A stretch of 56,801 nt of DNA from an uncultured Fimbriimonadaceae bacterium (GTDB lineage Bacteria; Armatimonadota; UBA10988). The notes under the pieces are model-generated. The model searched no databases, had not been told where the DNA came from, and saw only the letters and a list, made by a program, of their open reading frames with translations. The stretch lies in the NCBI GenBank assembly GCA_964405335.1, contig CAYONP010000031.1, positions 1 through 56,801 on the forward strand, written 5' to 3'. Below are positions 8,858 to 17,889 of the stretch, in pieces. The position numbers and the translations under genes were made by a program. The stretch's first letter is position 1; every line of letters starts with the position of its first letter.

Positions 8858-11050
8858 TCACCCGCCCGCGAACAGGACCAGCCGCAGCGCGAACAGCGCC
8901 AGTAGGCCGACCGTCGCCAGCAGCGCATAGCCCTGCACCTTGCCCGTCTGGAAGTACTTGCCAATCTCGCCCAGCCCCTTCGAGGCCACGCCGACGCCGT
9001 TGACGATGCCGTCGACCACGTGCTGGTCGATCCACTGCCAGAGCTGCGAGAGCACCAAGGTCGCCCAGCCGACGAGGTTGACCGTCATGTCGATCAAGTA
9101 CCGATCGACCGCGTTGCACAGGCGCATGAAGAAGAACATCGGCACGACGAACAAGGCGTAGAGCACCTCGTTCCACCAGTAGAGCTTCTTCGGCGCGGTC
9201 ATCAGGGCGGCCAGCAGGGGGCGGCGCCAGCACCAGATCCGCGCCGCCCGGCCCTGCGGCGTGCCGTACAACATCACCCCCAGCGCGATGCCGGTCAGCG
9301 CGAACGAGAGCGAGACCACGGCGATCCGCCAGTCGGGCGAGATCGGCTCGAGCGCCGCGACCCCGAACGGCGCCAGCGCCTCGAGGTTGATGAAGTCATG
9401 GACGTAGTTGTGCCCGCCGAAGAAGACCGGCGCCGCCGGCAGGCCGAGCAGCACGGCGAAGACCGCGAGGACGACCAGCGGCCCGGTCATGGTCTTCGGC
9501 GAGTCCTCGGTGTGCGACCAGACCCGCGGGAACTTCGGCCGGTTGAAAAAGGCCATCATGCACAGGCGGGTCATGTAGAACGCGGTCAGGAACGCCGCGA
9601 CCAGCGCCATGGCCGCCAGCACCGAGTGCGAGTGGTGGCCGCGCGCCGCCTCGAGCACAATCTCGTCTTTCGAGAAGAAGCCGGCGAACGGCGCGATGCC
9701 GGCCAGCGCCAGCGTGCCGAGGATGAAGGTGATGGCGGTCGTCGGCATCCGCGACCAGAGCCCGCCCATGTTGCGCAGGTCCTGCGGGTCGGCGTGGACA
9801 TGCTCGTGGTGCATGGCATGTTCGACCGCGTGGATCACGCTGCCCGAGCCGAGGAACAGGAGCGCCTTGAAGAAGGCGTGGGTCAAGAGGTGGAAGCAGC
9901 CGGCGGTATACCCCCCGACGCCGAGCGCCAGCATCATGTAGCCGAGCTGGCTGATGGTCGAGTAGGCCAGCACCTTCTTGATGTCGCTGGCGAAGACCGC
10001 GATGGTCGCCGCCATGAGCGCGGTGAAGCCGCCGATCCAGGCGACGATGAGCATCGGCTGGATGGTGTAGACCCGCCACGCCGCGGGCACGTTCTGGATC
10101 CCGAAGCCGGCCAGCCAGTTGACCACGATCTCGGCTTCGAGATGCCCGTGCGAGCCGTAGAGCAGCGGGAAGCTGCGGGCGACCAGGTAGACGCCAGCGG
10201 AGACCATCGTCGCGGCATGGATCAGCGCCGAGACGGGCGTCGGGCCCTCCATCGCGTCGGGCAGCCAGACATGCAGCGGGAACTGCGCCGACTTGCCGAC
10301 CGCGCCCATGAAGATGCCGAGCATGACCACGATCACCGGCAGCGCCGCCGCCGCCTTGGCCCACTCGAAGATGTCGTCGAAGGCGAACGAGCCGGTGTAG
10401 GCATAGGCGACGAAGATGCCGATGAGCATGAAGCAGTCACCCAGGCGGGTGACCATGAACGCCTTCTTGGCCGCTTTGCGGGCCGAGTCTTTGTGGTACC
10501 AGAAGCCGATCAAGAGGTACGAGCAGAGCCCCATGATCTCCCACGAGACCAGGAGCGTGAGGTAGTTGTTGCTGACGCACAGCCCCAACATGCCGGCGGC
10601 GAACAGCGAGACGTAGGAATGGAACCGGCTGTAGCCCTCGTCGGCGGCCATGTAGCCGATCGAGTAGATCTCGATCAGCAGCACGACCAGCGTGACCATG
10701 GCCAGCATCGCCGCGCCGAAGTGGTCGACCAGCACGCCGACCTTCACTGGCGAGCCGCCGGCGAAGAAGATGGTCCACTCGTGCTCGCTGCTGAACGTCG
10801 GCGGATGGCCGTGCCCGAGGTTGGCCAGGAAGTTGAGCAGGACGGGGAAGAAGACCAGCCCGTAGGCCAGCGCGCAGCTCAGCGCCATGCAGCCGACGGT
10901 GAGGTGCGAGGTGCGCTTCCTGAGCAGCGGCCCGCCGAACAGGATGCCGATCACGAAGCCGAGCACCGGCAGCGCCGGAATCAGCGGCAGGACCCAGGGG
11001 AACTGCCCCTGCGCCCACTCCAGATAGCCGATCAGATGCCCATGCTCCAT
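8858..11050 (-). CDS. nuoL: NADH-quinone oxidoreductase subunit L.
   Basis: 730 aa. The motifs WLPDAMEGPTPVSALIHAATMV and HAFFKALLFLGSGSVIHA are those of NuoL/ND5, and a long C-terminal horizontal-helix region is present. Confidence 0.9.
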   Translation of the reverse strand: MEHGHLIGYLEWAQGQFPWVLPLIPALPVLGFVIGILFGGPLLRKRTSHLTVGCMALSCALAYGLVFFPVLLNFLANLGHGHPPTFSSEHEWTIFFAGGSPVKVGVLVDHFGAAMLAMVTLVVLLIEIYSIGYMAADEGYSRFHSYVSLFAAGMLGLCVSNNYLTLLVSWEIMGLCSYLLIGFWYHKDSARKAAKKAFMVTRLGDCFMLIGIFVAYAYTGSFAFDDIFEWAKAAAALPVIVVMLGIFMGAVGKSAQFPLHVWLPDAMEGPTPVSALIHAATMVSAGVYLVARSFPLLYGSHGHLEAEIVVNWLAGFGIQNVPAAWRVYTIQPMLIVAWIGGFTALMAATIAVFASDIKKVLAYSTISQLGYMMLALGVGGYTAGCFHLLTHAFFKALLFLGSGSVIHAVEHAMHHEHVHADPQDLRNMGGLWSRMPTTAITFILGTLALAGIAPFAGFFSKDEIVLEAARGHHSHSVLAAMALVAAFLTAFYMTRLCMMAFFNRPKFPRVWSHTEDSPKTMTGPLVVLAVFAVLLGLPAAPVFFGGHNYVHDFINLEALAPFGVAALEPISPDWRIAVVSLSFALTGIALGVMLYGTPQGRAARIWCWRRPLLAALMTAPKKLYWWNEVLYALFVVPMFFFMRLCNAVDRYLIDMTVNLVGWATLVLSQLWQWIDQHVVDGIVNGVGVASKGLGEIGKYFQTGKVQGYALLATVGLLALFALRLVLFAGG

Positions 11051-11066
11051 CCGCGCCTGCTCCCGG

Positions 11067-11420
11067 CTACCAGCGCAACAAGTCGAGGTCGTCGACGGTG
11101 ATGTGGCGGAAGTTGCGGTAAATGCTGATCACGATGGCCAGGCCCACCGCCGCCTCGGCCGCCGCGACGGCAATCGACATCAACGCCAACGTCTGGCCCT
11201 GCGTCCCGAACACCACGCCGCTGCGCTGGACCAACTCGACCCCGCGGTCGGAGAAGCGACTGAACGCGACCAGGTTGATGTTCACCGCGTTGAGCATCAG
11301 CTCGAGGCTCATGAGCACGCCGACCGCGTTGAGCCGCGAGAAGACGCCGTACAGCCCGATGCAGAACAGCGTCGCCGAGAGGTACAGGTAGGGCGTCACC
11401 GGCGCGGTGTCAATGGCCAT
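11067..11420 (-). CDS. nuoK: NADH-quinone oxidoreductase subunit K.
   Basis: 117-aa protein with three predicted transmembrane helices. The motif SLELMLNAVNINLVAFS is typical of NuoK/ND4L. Confidence 0.9.
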   Translation of the reverse strand: MAIDTAPVTPYLYLSATLFCIGLYGVFSRLNAVGVLMSLELMLNAVNINLVAFSRFSDRGVELVQRSGVVFGTQGQTLALMSIAVAAAEAAVGLAIVISIYRNFRHITVDDLDLLRW

Positions 11421-12102
11421 CGCCGGCCTCCTGTCGCTCCGACTGCTGGGCGATCACGATGGCCCCCGCCAAGGCCACCAGCAGCAGGATGCTGGCCAGC
11501 TCGAACGGCAGCACGTAGGTGTCGATCAGCGCGCTGCTGAACTCACGCATCCGGCTGTCGTAGGTGCTGGTCCGCTCGCGGACACCCAGCGACTCGAGCC
11601 GCTGCGACAGCGAGAGCGCCCGCGCCTGCAGGTCGGCGTTGCGGATGCGGGCAATCTCCTGCGCCCGCACCTGACCGCCCGGCACCAGCTCGACCCCGCC
11701 GGCGGCGGCCGTCTGCTCCAGATCGGTCCGCAAGACCTGCTCACTGGTCGGGAAGCGGCTGTCGCCGATGACCCAGCAGAGCAGGCCCAGCGCGCCCAGC
11801 GCCGCCACCGCGCCGACGCCCCAGCGGCGGTTGGTCTGCAGCGTCGTCCGCGCCGCCAGGTTCTCAATCAGCATGATGGCGAACAGGATCAGGGTGACCA
11901 CCGCGCCGACGTAGATCAGCACCTGGAAACCGGCCAGCAGGTCGGCCTGCAGGTTAAGGTAGATCCCGGCGACGAAGAACAGCACCCCGGCCAGCGAGAC
12001 GGCCGAGTGGACCATGTTGCGCGCCAGCACGACGCCCAGCGCGCAGACGATGATCGCCGCCGAAAGGCACCAGAAGGCCGGACCCACCGCTGCTTCGTGC
12101 AT
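11410..12102 (-). CDS. nuoJ: NADH-quinone oxidoreductase subunit J.
   Basis: 230 aa. The conserved VLIYVGAVVTLILFAIML motif is that of NuoJ/ND6. Confidence 0.85.
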   Translation of the reverse strand: MHEAAVGPAFWCLSAAIIVCALGVVLARNMVHSAVSLAGVLFFVAGIYLNLQADLLAGFQVLIYVGAVVTLILFAIMLIENLAARTTLQTNRRWGVGAVAALGALGLLCWVIGDSRFPTSEQVLRTDLEQTAAAGGVELVPGGQVRAQEIARIRNADLQARALSLSQRLESLGVRERTSTYDSRMREFSSALIDTYVLPFELASILLLVALAGAIVIAQQSERQEAGDGH

Positions 12103-12114
12103 CTTGCCTCGCTC

Positions 12115-12750
12115 TCAGTCGACCAGGCCGAGCGACTTCTGCAGCTTGCGCACCGCCGACTTCGCCCGACCGCGCAGCTTGCGATCCTCAATCGCATCGA
12201 GCGACCCGAGGTCGAACCCCGCCAGATCGTCGGGTACCGCCACGCCCGCCTCAGCCAGCACCGCCTGCATCGCCGCGCGCAACGCCTCGGGGCCGTCGGC
12301 CGAAGGCTCGGGCGCCGGCTCCTCAGCCGGGGCCGCGACGGGCTCCGCCTCAAGCGCCTTGCGCGCCTTCATCACCGCCGACTTGCACTGCCCGCGCAGC
12401 TTGCGATCCTCGATGCTGTCGAGCGTGTCGAGGTCGAACCCGGCGATGTCGGCCGGCGGCTCGAGCCCGACGGCGGCGAACGCTTCGCGCACCGCCGCCA
12501 TCGGATCGGCCGGCGGCTCCGCCGGCGCGGCGGGCGCCTCGGCAGCCAGCGCCTTCTTGGCCTTCATCACCGCCGACTTGCACTGCGCCTTGAGCTTGCG
12601 ATCCTCGATGCTCTCGAGCGTGTCGAGGTCGAACCCGACGACGTCCGCCGGTGGCTCGAGCCCGACGGCGGCGAACGCCTCGCGCACGGCGACCATCGGA
12701 TCGACCGCCGGCGCGGCCGGCGCCTCGGTCGCCGACGTTACCTTGGGCGC
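12115..12750 (-). repeat. Intragenic tandem repeat of about 189 bp in three copies, encoding the nuoI C-terminal extension.
   Basis: Near-identical DNA blocks at about 12354-12510 and 12553-12710, plus a more diverged third copy at 12115-12300, are visible by eye. Confidence 0.8.
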
Positions 12751-13398
12751 CTTCTCCTCGCGCGTCGGGGTGAGCGTCTTGCCCGACTCGACGGCGAACT
12801 GGAAGTAGGGGTTGCCTTCCTCCTCGGGCACGATCTCGACCAGCGAACCATCCTCGGCGAAGGTCCGCCCGGCCGCTCGCCGGGCGACTTCACGGTCGCC
12901 CAGCCGCTCGAGGTCTTCCTTGGTCAGAACCAGGTTGCGCCCGTCCCGCGCGTAGGTCGCCCACTCGAAGCAGTCGGTCATGACAATGGCGCGCATCGGG
13001 GTGGGGCAGACCTCGGCGCACAGCCCGCAGAAGCAGCACGGGCCGATGTTGACCGTGAAGGTGACCGGGTAGCGCCCGCTGTGCCCCTCGCGCTTCTCGA
13101 GGTCCATCGAGATCAGGTCGTCGGGACAGACCTTGGCGCAGGCCATGCAGCCGATGCAGTTGTGGTCGCCGGTGACCGGATCGCGGGTCAGCCCGTGCAG
13201 CCCGCGATAGCGCGGCGAGAGGTGGTAGGGCGAGCCGAACCCGTCATCGCCCTGCTGCTCGGCGCGGCCCATCGGCTCGGGCATGACCTCGGGATAGCGC
13301 TGGGTGAACTTGGTCCGGGTCAGGTTCAGCCAGGTCACCCGCAGCCCCTTCGGCACGCTGGTCAAGGTGTTCTTGATCTTCTCGAGGGTAGGGTTCAT
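12115..13398 (-). CDS. nuoI: NADH-quinone oxidoreductase subunit I (2x[4Fe-4S] ferredoxin core, about 180 aa) fused to a roughly 190-aa C-terminal extension made of three tandem ~63-aa repeats.
   Basis: Two CxxCxxCxxxCP motifs are present (CIGCMACAKVCP and CCFCGLCAEVCP). The C-terminus has three copies of the repeat DPMaAVREAFAAVGLEPPADiaGFDLDTLdSIEDRKLrgQCKSAVMKArKAL. At 427 aa the protein is more than twice the typical NuoI length. Confidence 0.85.
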   Translation of the reverse strand: MNPTLEKIKNTLTSVPKGLRVTWLNLTRTKFTQRYPEVMPEPMGRAEQQGDDGFGSPYHLSPRYRGLHGLTRDPVTGDHNCIGCMACAKVCPDDLISMDLEKREGHSGRYPVTFTVNIGPCCFCGLCAEVCPTPMRAIVMTDCFEWATYARDGRNLVLTKEDLERLGDREVARRAAGRTFAEDGSLVEIVPEEEGNPYFQFAVESGKTLTPTREEKAPKVTSATEAPAAPAVDPMVAVREAFAAVGLEPPADVVGFDLDTLESIEDRKLKAQCKSAVMKAKKALAAEAPAAPAEPPADPMAAVREAFAAVGLEPPADIAGFDLDTLDSIEDRKLRGQCKSAVMKARKALEAEPVAAPAEEPAPEPSADGPEALRAAMQAVLAEAGVAVPDDLAGFDLGSLDAIEDRKLRGRAKSAVRKLQKSLGLVD

Positions 13399-13402
13399 CG
13401 GC

Positions 13403-14647
13403 TCATCCCGGCAGCAGCAAGCGGAGCAGCGCGACGAGGAACAGGTTGACCAGCGCGACGGGGATGAGGATCGTCCAGCCGAGCTTCATGAGCTGATCGA
13501 TGCGGAACCGCGGCAGCGTCGCCCGCAGCCAGAAGAGGACGAAGATGCAGCCGAAGACCTTGAGGAAGAACCAGAACAACGCGAACAGCCCGTGGTCCCA
13601 GCCGAGCAGCGGCCAACTGGCCGGGAAGGGCGACTGCCAGCCGCCGAGAAACAGCGTCACGCCAATCGCCGAGAGCACGAAGGCGTTCGAGAACTCGGCC
13701 AGGAAGAACATCGCGAACTTCATGCCCGAGTACTCGGTGTTGTAGCCCGAGATCAGCTCCGACTCGGCCTCGGGCAGGTCGAACGGGATGTGGCCCAGCT
13801 CGGCCAGGGCCGAGACGACGAACACCGCCCCGCCGAGCAGACTGGGGAAGAGCAGCCAACTGAACAGGTGGTGCTGCTGCTCGACCAGCCCCTGCAGCCG
13901 CAACGTGCCGGCCCAGACGCAGGGGGTGATCATCGCCATCGAGAGGGGAATCTCGTAGGTGATCAACTGCGCCGCCGAGCGCATCGCGCCGAGCAGCGAG
14001 TATTTGTTGTTCGACGACCAGCCGGCGATGATGATCCCAATCACCGCCACCGACGAGATCGAGGCGACGAACAGGATGCCGATGTTGAGGTCAGCCACCT
14101 GCAGCGAATAACCCGCGCTCTGGTTGCCGAACGGCACGATCAGATAGGTCATGCTCGCCGGCACCAGGACCAGGAACGGCGCCAGGGTGAAGATCGCCCG
14201 GTCGGCGTTGCGCGGGATGACATCCTCTTTGCTGAGCAGCTTGACCACATCGGCCGGCGTCTGCAGCAGCCCTTCGGGCCCGGCCTGGGTCGGCCCCAGC
14301 CGCGCCTGCATGAAGCCGAGGATCTTGCGCAGGGCGTAGATCTGATAGGTCACCATGGGCAGCATGAAGCCCATGATCACCACCACCCAGCCGAGCACGG
14401 CGGTGAGCACCGGCGCGTAGTCGGCCCGCGGGACGAGGGCCGGCGGCAGCCAGCCCCACTGCTGCGGCCACTCGATCAGCACCGCCTGAACGAACCCGCT
14501 GAGGGTCTTGCCCTGGTACCACCAGGTCGACAGCGGCCCGCCGAGCAGGCGCCACAGGCCACCCAGCACCAGGCCGAGCAGCACCAGGCCAACCACCAGG
14601 CCGACAAAGGTGCGGAGCGCCGGAGCCGGGCCGCGCGACTTGCCCAT
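13403..14647 (-). CDS. nuoH: NADH-quinone oxidoreductase subunit H.
   Basis: 414 aa. The motifs GLLQTPADVVKLLSKED and GYNTEYSGMKFAMFFLAE are those of NuoH/ND1. Confidence 0.9.
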   Translation of the reverse strand: MGKSRGPAPALRTFVGLVVGLVLLGLVLGGLWRLLGGPLSTWWYQGKTLSGFVQAVLIEWPQQWGWLPPALVPRADYAPVLTAVLGWVVVIMGFMLPMVTYQIYALRKILGFMQARLGPTQAGPEGLLQTPADVVKLLSKEDVIPRNADRAIFTLAPFLVLVPASMTYLIVPFGNQSAGYSLQVADLNIGILFVASISSVAVIGIIIAGWSSNNKYSLLGAMRSAAQLITYEIPLSMAMITPCVWAGTLRLQGLVEQQHHLFSWLLFPSLLGGAVFVVSALAELGHIPFDLPEAESELISGYNTEYSGMKFAMFFLAEFSNAFVLSAIGVTLFLGGWQSPFPASWPLLGWDHGLFALFWFFLKVFGCIFVLFWLRATLPRFRIDQLMKLGWTILIPVALVNLFLVALLRLLLPG

Positions 14648-15822
14648 CAGCCGTCCACCTCACCCATGACGATGTCGGTCGTGCCCAGAATCGCGATCAG
14701 GTCGGCGATCTTCTGGTCGCGCCCCGCCTCGCGCATGATCCCGAGATTGACGAACGAAGGCCGCCGAATCTTGTACCGGTAAGGCTGCTCCGACCCATCG
14801 CAGACCAGCCAGATGCCCAGCTCGCCGCGCGGCGATTCGATCGACGAGTAGACCTCACCCTCGGGCGGCTTGACCGATTTCGGCAGCTTGGCCTGGAAGT
14901 CGCCCCGGGTCGACTCGTTGGCCTCGAACCAGGCGCAGATCTGGTGCAGCAGCTTAACACTCTCGCGAATGTCGCTGACCCGCACGCGGTAGCGCGCCAT
15001 GCAGTCGCCGGCCGGCTCGGTCGGCACACCGAACTCGAGCTGGTCATACCGCGCGTAGGGATAGACCTTGCGCACATCGCGCTCGACGCCGGAGGCGCGC
15101 AGCAGCGGCCCGGTCAGGCCGAACGAGATGCACTGCGCCGCCGGCCAGACCCCGACGCCGATGGTCCGGTTGCGGAACACCTCGTTGCCGGTCAGCAGGT
15201 CGTCGATCTCGTCCAGCCGCGGCGGGAAGTAGTCGAGGAACGGGCGCACCCAGTCGCTGATGAAGTTGCGCGGCAGGTCGGCCGAGACGCCGCCGATGCG
15301 GATATAGTTGTAGGTCAACCGCGCCCCGCAGAGCAGCTCGAACATGTCGAGGATACGCTCGCGGTCGCGCATCGCATAGGCGAACGGCGTGCTCGCGCCG
15401 ACATCGAGCCCGAACGTGCCGACGAACACCAGGTGGCTGGCGATCCGGTTCAGTTCGAGCACCAGCATCCGGATCCAGTGCACCCGCTCGGGCGGGTCGA
15501 GGCCCATCGCCTTCTCGGTCACCTGGCAATGGACCTGGTTGTTGCCCATCGCGTGGAGGTAGTCCCAGCGATCGGTCAGCGGGATGCCGTTGACGAAGGT
15601 CTTCAGCTCGCCGAGCTTCTCAAACGAGCGGTGGAGGAAGCCGATGTCGGGGTCGCAGACGCGGACATACTCGCTGTCGAGCTGCAGCCGCAGGCGCAGC
15701 ACGCCGTGGGTCGAGGGATGCTGCGGCCCCATGTTGACCGCCAGCTCCTCGGTCACCATGCCGCCATGGTCGGCCAAGCGGGTCTCGAGCGCGATGCGGG
15801 TCTCGTCGCTGGTCACCGCCAC
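14647..15822 (-). CDS. nuoD: NADH-quinone oxidoreductase subunit D.
   Basis: 391 aa. The motifs NMGPQHPSTHGVLRL and ESPRGELGIWLV are those of the 49-kDa subunit. Confidence 0.9.
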   Translation of the reverse strand: MAVTSDETRIALETRLADHGGMVTEELAVNMGPQHPSTHGVLRLRLQLDSEYVRVCDPDIGFLHRSFEKLGELKTFVNGIPLTDRWDYLHAMGNNQVHCQVTEKAMGLDPPERVHWIRMLVLELNRIASHLVFVGTFGLDVGASTPFAYAMRDRERILDMFELLCGARLTYNYIRIGGVSADLPRNFISDWVRPFLDYFPPRLDEIDDLLTGNEVFRNRTIGVGVWPAAQCISFGLTGPLLRASGVERDVRKVYPYARYDQLEFGVPTEPAGDCMARYRVRVSDIRESVKLLHQICAWFEANESTRGDFQAKLPKSVKPPEGEVYSSIESPRGELGIWLVCDGSEQPYRYKIRRPSFVNLGIMREAGRDQKIADLIAILGTTDIVMGEVDG

Positions 15823-15825
15823 CTC

Positions 15826-16371
15826 CTACAGCCGCCGCCGCTCGGCGCTGCCGAGCTCGTCGACCAGGATCTCCTCGACCATCGTGTCGGTGTCGTAGCG
15901 ATAGTCCTTGCGCAGCGGATAGCCCTCCCAGACATCCGGCAGCACGATCCGGCGCAGGTCGGGATGGCCGTCGAACACCACGCCGAGCAGGTCGTAACAC
16001 TCGCGCTCGTGGTAGTTCGCCGCCGACCACACCCCGGCCACCGAGGGCACCCGCGGCGCCTCGCGCTCAACCGCGACGCGCAGCCACAGCCGGCCCCAGG
16101 CAGGTGGCGCGGGCATCGCGTCGAGCAGGTAGACGACCTCGAGGTGGGTCAACCGGTCGACGCCGCCGAGCAGCACCAGGTGGTTGAGGCCGAGCTCCTC
16201 GTGAAGCCAGCCGGCCACGTCGGCCAAGGCCGGCGGCGCGACGGCCAGCTCGATGTCGCCGGCTCGCTCACGGCGTTCGCCGACGGCCTCGCCGAAGCGC
16301 TCGCGCAGGGTTGCCTCGGCAGCGGCGAACGGGTCCTGCACGGTGGTCTCGTCGGCCATGCTCACTCCCAC
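15826..16371 (-). CDS. nuoC: NADH-quinone oxidoreductase subunit C.
   Basis: 181 aa, homologous to the 30-kDa subunit (..[25 protein letters not shown]..). It lies immediately upstream of nuoD. Confidence 0.85.
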   Translation of the reverse strand: MGVSMADETTVQDPFAAAEATLRERFGEAVGERRERAGDIELAVAPPALADVAGWLHEELGLNHLVLLGGVDRLTHLEVVYLLDAMPAPPAWGRLWLRVAVEREAPRVPSVAGVWSAANYHERECYDLLGVVFDGHPDLRRIVLPDVWEGYPLRKDYRYDTDTMVEEILVDELGSAERRRL

Positions 16372-16733
16372 CGGTAGGCGCCGCGGCAGAGTTCCCAGAC
16401 CCAGCCAGCGAGCAGCACGGCGAGGAAGAAGCCCATGACCAGCAGCGCGTAGAGCCCGAGCCCCTCGCCGATATAGTCGCGGTAGACCACCACCCAGGGG
16501 ATGAGGAAGATGACCTCGACGTCGAAGATGACGAAGGACAGGGCGAACTTGGCGTAGACGACGCGGAACTGGCTCCAGGCCCGGCCCGCGGGCCGCTCAC
16601 CGCACTCATAGGTGGCCAGCTTCTCGGGGTGCGGGTGGTGCGGCCGCAAGACCCAACTGGCCGCGAAGGTGCCGGCGACGAAGACGGTGCCGAGGAGCAG
16701 GAAGACGCCGACGGCGATGTACGGTTCGGTCAT
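16362..16733 (-). CDS. nuoA: NADH-quinone oxidoreductase subunit A.
   Basis: 124-aa three-helix membrane protein (YECGERP...[11 protein letters not shown]). An internal start at 16733 is preceded by a GGAGG Shine-Dalgarno sequence. It overlaps the nuoC start by 10 nt, and no nuoB lies between nuoA and nuoC. Confidence 0.85.
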   Translation of the reverse strand: MTEPYIAVGVFLLLGTVFVAGTFAASWVLRPHHPHPEKLATYECGERPAGRAWSQFRVVYAKFALSFVIFDVEVIFLIPWVVVYRDYIGEGLGLYALLVMGFFLAVLLAGWVWELCRGAYRWE

Positions 16734-16817
16734 CGTGCCTCCGGCGCGCTCGCGGTCGGTGCCCGGCCACACCGTCAACGCGGCCCCATCAGGCCGCCCC
16801 AAGCCGCGCCGCGGGGA

Positions 16818-16846
16818 AGTATGACACCCGCCCCAGAGCCTGTCAA
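16818..16846 (-). promoter_or_regulatory. Candidate sigma70-type promoter for the nuoA operon. The -35 box is TTGACA, the spacer is 17 bp and the -10 box is CATACT.
   Basis: The reverse complement of 16841-16846 is TTGACA. Across the 17-nt spacer, the reverse complement of 16818-16823 is CATACT. The site sits about 85 nt upstream of the nuoA start. Confidence 0.4.
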
Positions 16847-16908
16847 CGCAGCCGGCCGCACCTCGCCGAATGGCTCACAGAGCCACTTTTCGGCCCATCT
16901 CAGCGCGG

Positions 16909-16937
16909 TTGACACCGCCCGCGATTGTGGTTATGCT
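16909..16937 (+). promoter_or_regulatory. Candidate sigma70-type promoter for the nuoJ2-N2 operon. The -35 box is TTGACA, the spacer is 17 bp and the -10 box is TATGCT.
   Basis: TTGACA lies at 16909-16914 and TATGCT at 16932-16937. A GGGAGGGG Shine-Dalgarno sequence follows at 16958-16965 and the ATG is at 16975. The AT-rich hexamers stand out against the ~70% GC background. Confidence 0.45.
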
Positions 16938-16974
16938 CCGGCCGTCCGCGGCCCTTCGGGAGGGGTACTGACTG

Positions 16975-17571
16975 ATGTCTGCCGGCGCATCGCTCGCCTT
17001 CCTGTTCTGTGCCGCCGTGGCGTTGGTCGGCGCCTGGAAGATGATCACCTGTCACCACCCGGTGCACAGCGCGCTCTACCTGGTGACCAACTTCGTCGCC
17101 TCGGCCGGCATCTACCTGCTGCTCGGCGCGCCGTTCATCGCCCTGGTCCAGGTGGCCGTCTATGCCGGCGCCATCATGGTCCTCTTCCTGTTCATCCTGA
17201 TGTACCTCAACGTCGGCATCGCCGCCGACCTGACCGAGCACCGCACCCGCCGCCTGACCGCCTATGCCGCCGCCGGCGGGGTCGCCCTGCGGATCAGCGC
17301 CGGCGGGGCCGCCGCGGGGGCCGGCGCCGTCGCCGCCGCGCCGGCCACGCTCGGCGCCGCCGGCGACGACCCGGTCGGCAAGGTTGCCGCCACGCGGGCG
17401 GCGTCGTTCGATGTCTCGGTCGAGGCAATCGGCACCAAGCTGTTCAGCGACTTCGCCCTGCCGTTCGAAGTCGCCGGCGTGCTGCTGCTGGTGGCGCTGA
17501 TTGGCGCCCTGGTGATTGCCTCGCCGCAGTTGCGCCGCGAGGCGGCCGTGCGCGAGGAGGCGTCGTCCTGA
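16975..17571 (+). CDS. nuoJ: NADH-quinone oxidoreductase subunit J, second copy.
   Basis: 198 aa. The [21 protein letters not shown] motif is that of NuoJ. It is a paralog of the minus-strand nuoJ. Confidence 0.85.
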   Translation: MSAGASLAFLFCAAVALVGAWKMITCHHPVHSALYLVTNFVASAGIYLLLGAPFIALVQVAVYAGAIMVLFLFILMYLNVGIAADLTEHRTRRLTAYAAAGGVALRISAGGAAAGAGAVAAAPATLGAAGDDPVGKVAATRAASFDVSVEAIGTKLFSDFALPFEVAGVLLLVALIGALVIASPQLRREAAVREEASS

Positions 17572-17873
17572 TGGACCCGGTGTTGTCCACCCTGCTCCTC
17601 TCCGCCGCGCTGTTCGGGCTCGGCATCGTCGGCGTGCTGGTCCGCCGCAATGTGCTGGTCGTCTACATGTCGATCGAGCTGATGCTCAACGCCGCCAATC
17701 TCGCCTTCGTCGCCTTCGGGCGGATGCACGGCGAGCTGGACGGCCAGTTGTTCGTCTTCTTCGCCCTGGTCGTCGCCGCGGCCGAGGTGGCCGTCGGTCT
17801 CGGCATCGTCGTCGCGGTCTACAAGCAGCTCCACTCGGTCGATGTCGACCGGGTGCAGTTGTTGCGGTTCTGA
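17571..17873 (+). CDS. nuoK: NADH-quinone oxidoreductase subunit K, second copy.
   Basis: 100 aa. [16 protein letters not shown] matches NuoK. The ATG overlaps the nuoJ2 stop as TGATG. Confidence 0.85.
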   Translation: MDPVLSTLLLSAALFGLGIVGVLVRRNVLVVYMSIELMLNAANLAFVAFGRMHGELDGQLFVFFALVVAAAEVAVGLGIVVAVYKQLHSVDVDRVQLLRF

Positions 17874-17889
17874 AAGGCGGCCCGGCAGC

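Noticed and set aside
15826-16802. Search for a nuoB (PSST subunit) between nuoA and nuoC, or fused to either.
   Set aside because: nuoA (124 aa) overlaps the nuoC start by 10 nt. NuoC is a plain 181-aa 30-kDa subunit with no CCxxE/CPP cluster-N2 motifs. No candidate ORF exists on either strand, so nuoB is genuinely absent from this window.
16311-17873. A 520-aa plus-strand ORF spanning the divergent promoter region and nuoJ2/nuoK2.
   Set aside because: It is a read-through artefact. Only its last 100 codons (17571-17873) encode NuoK2. NuoJ2 is in a different frame (16975-17571). The upstream part crosses the intergenic promoters and is antisense to nuoA.
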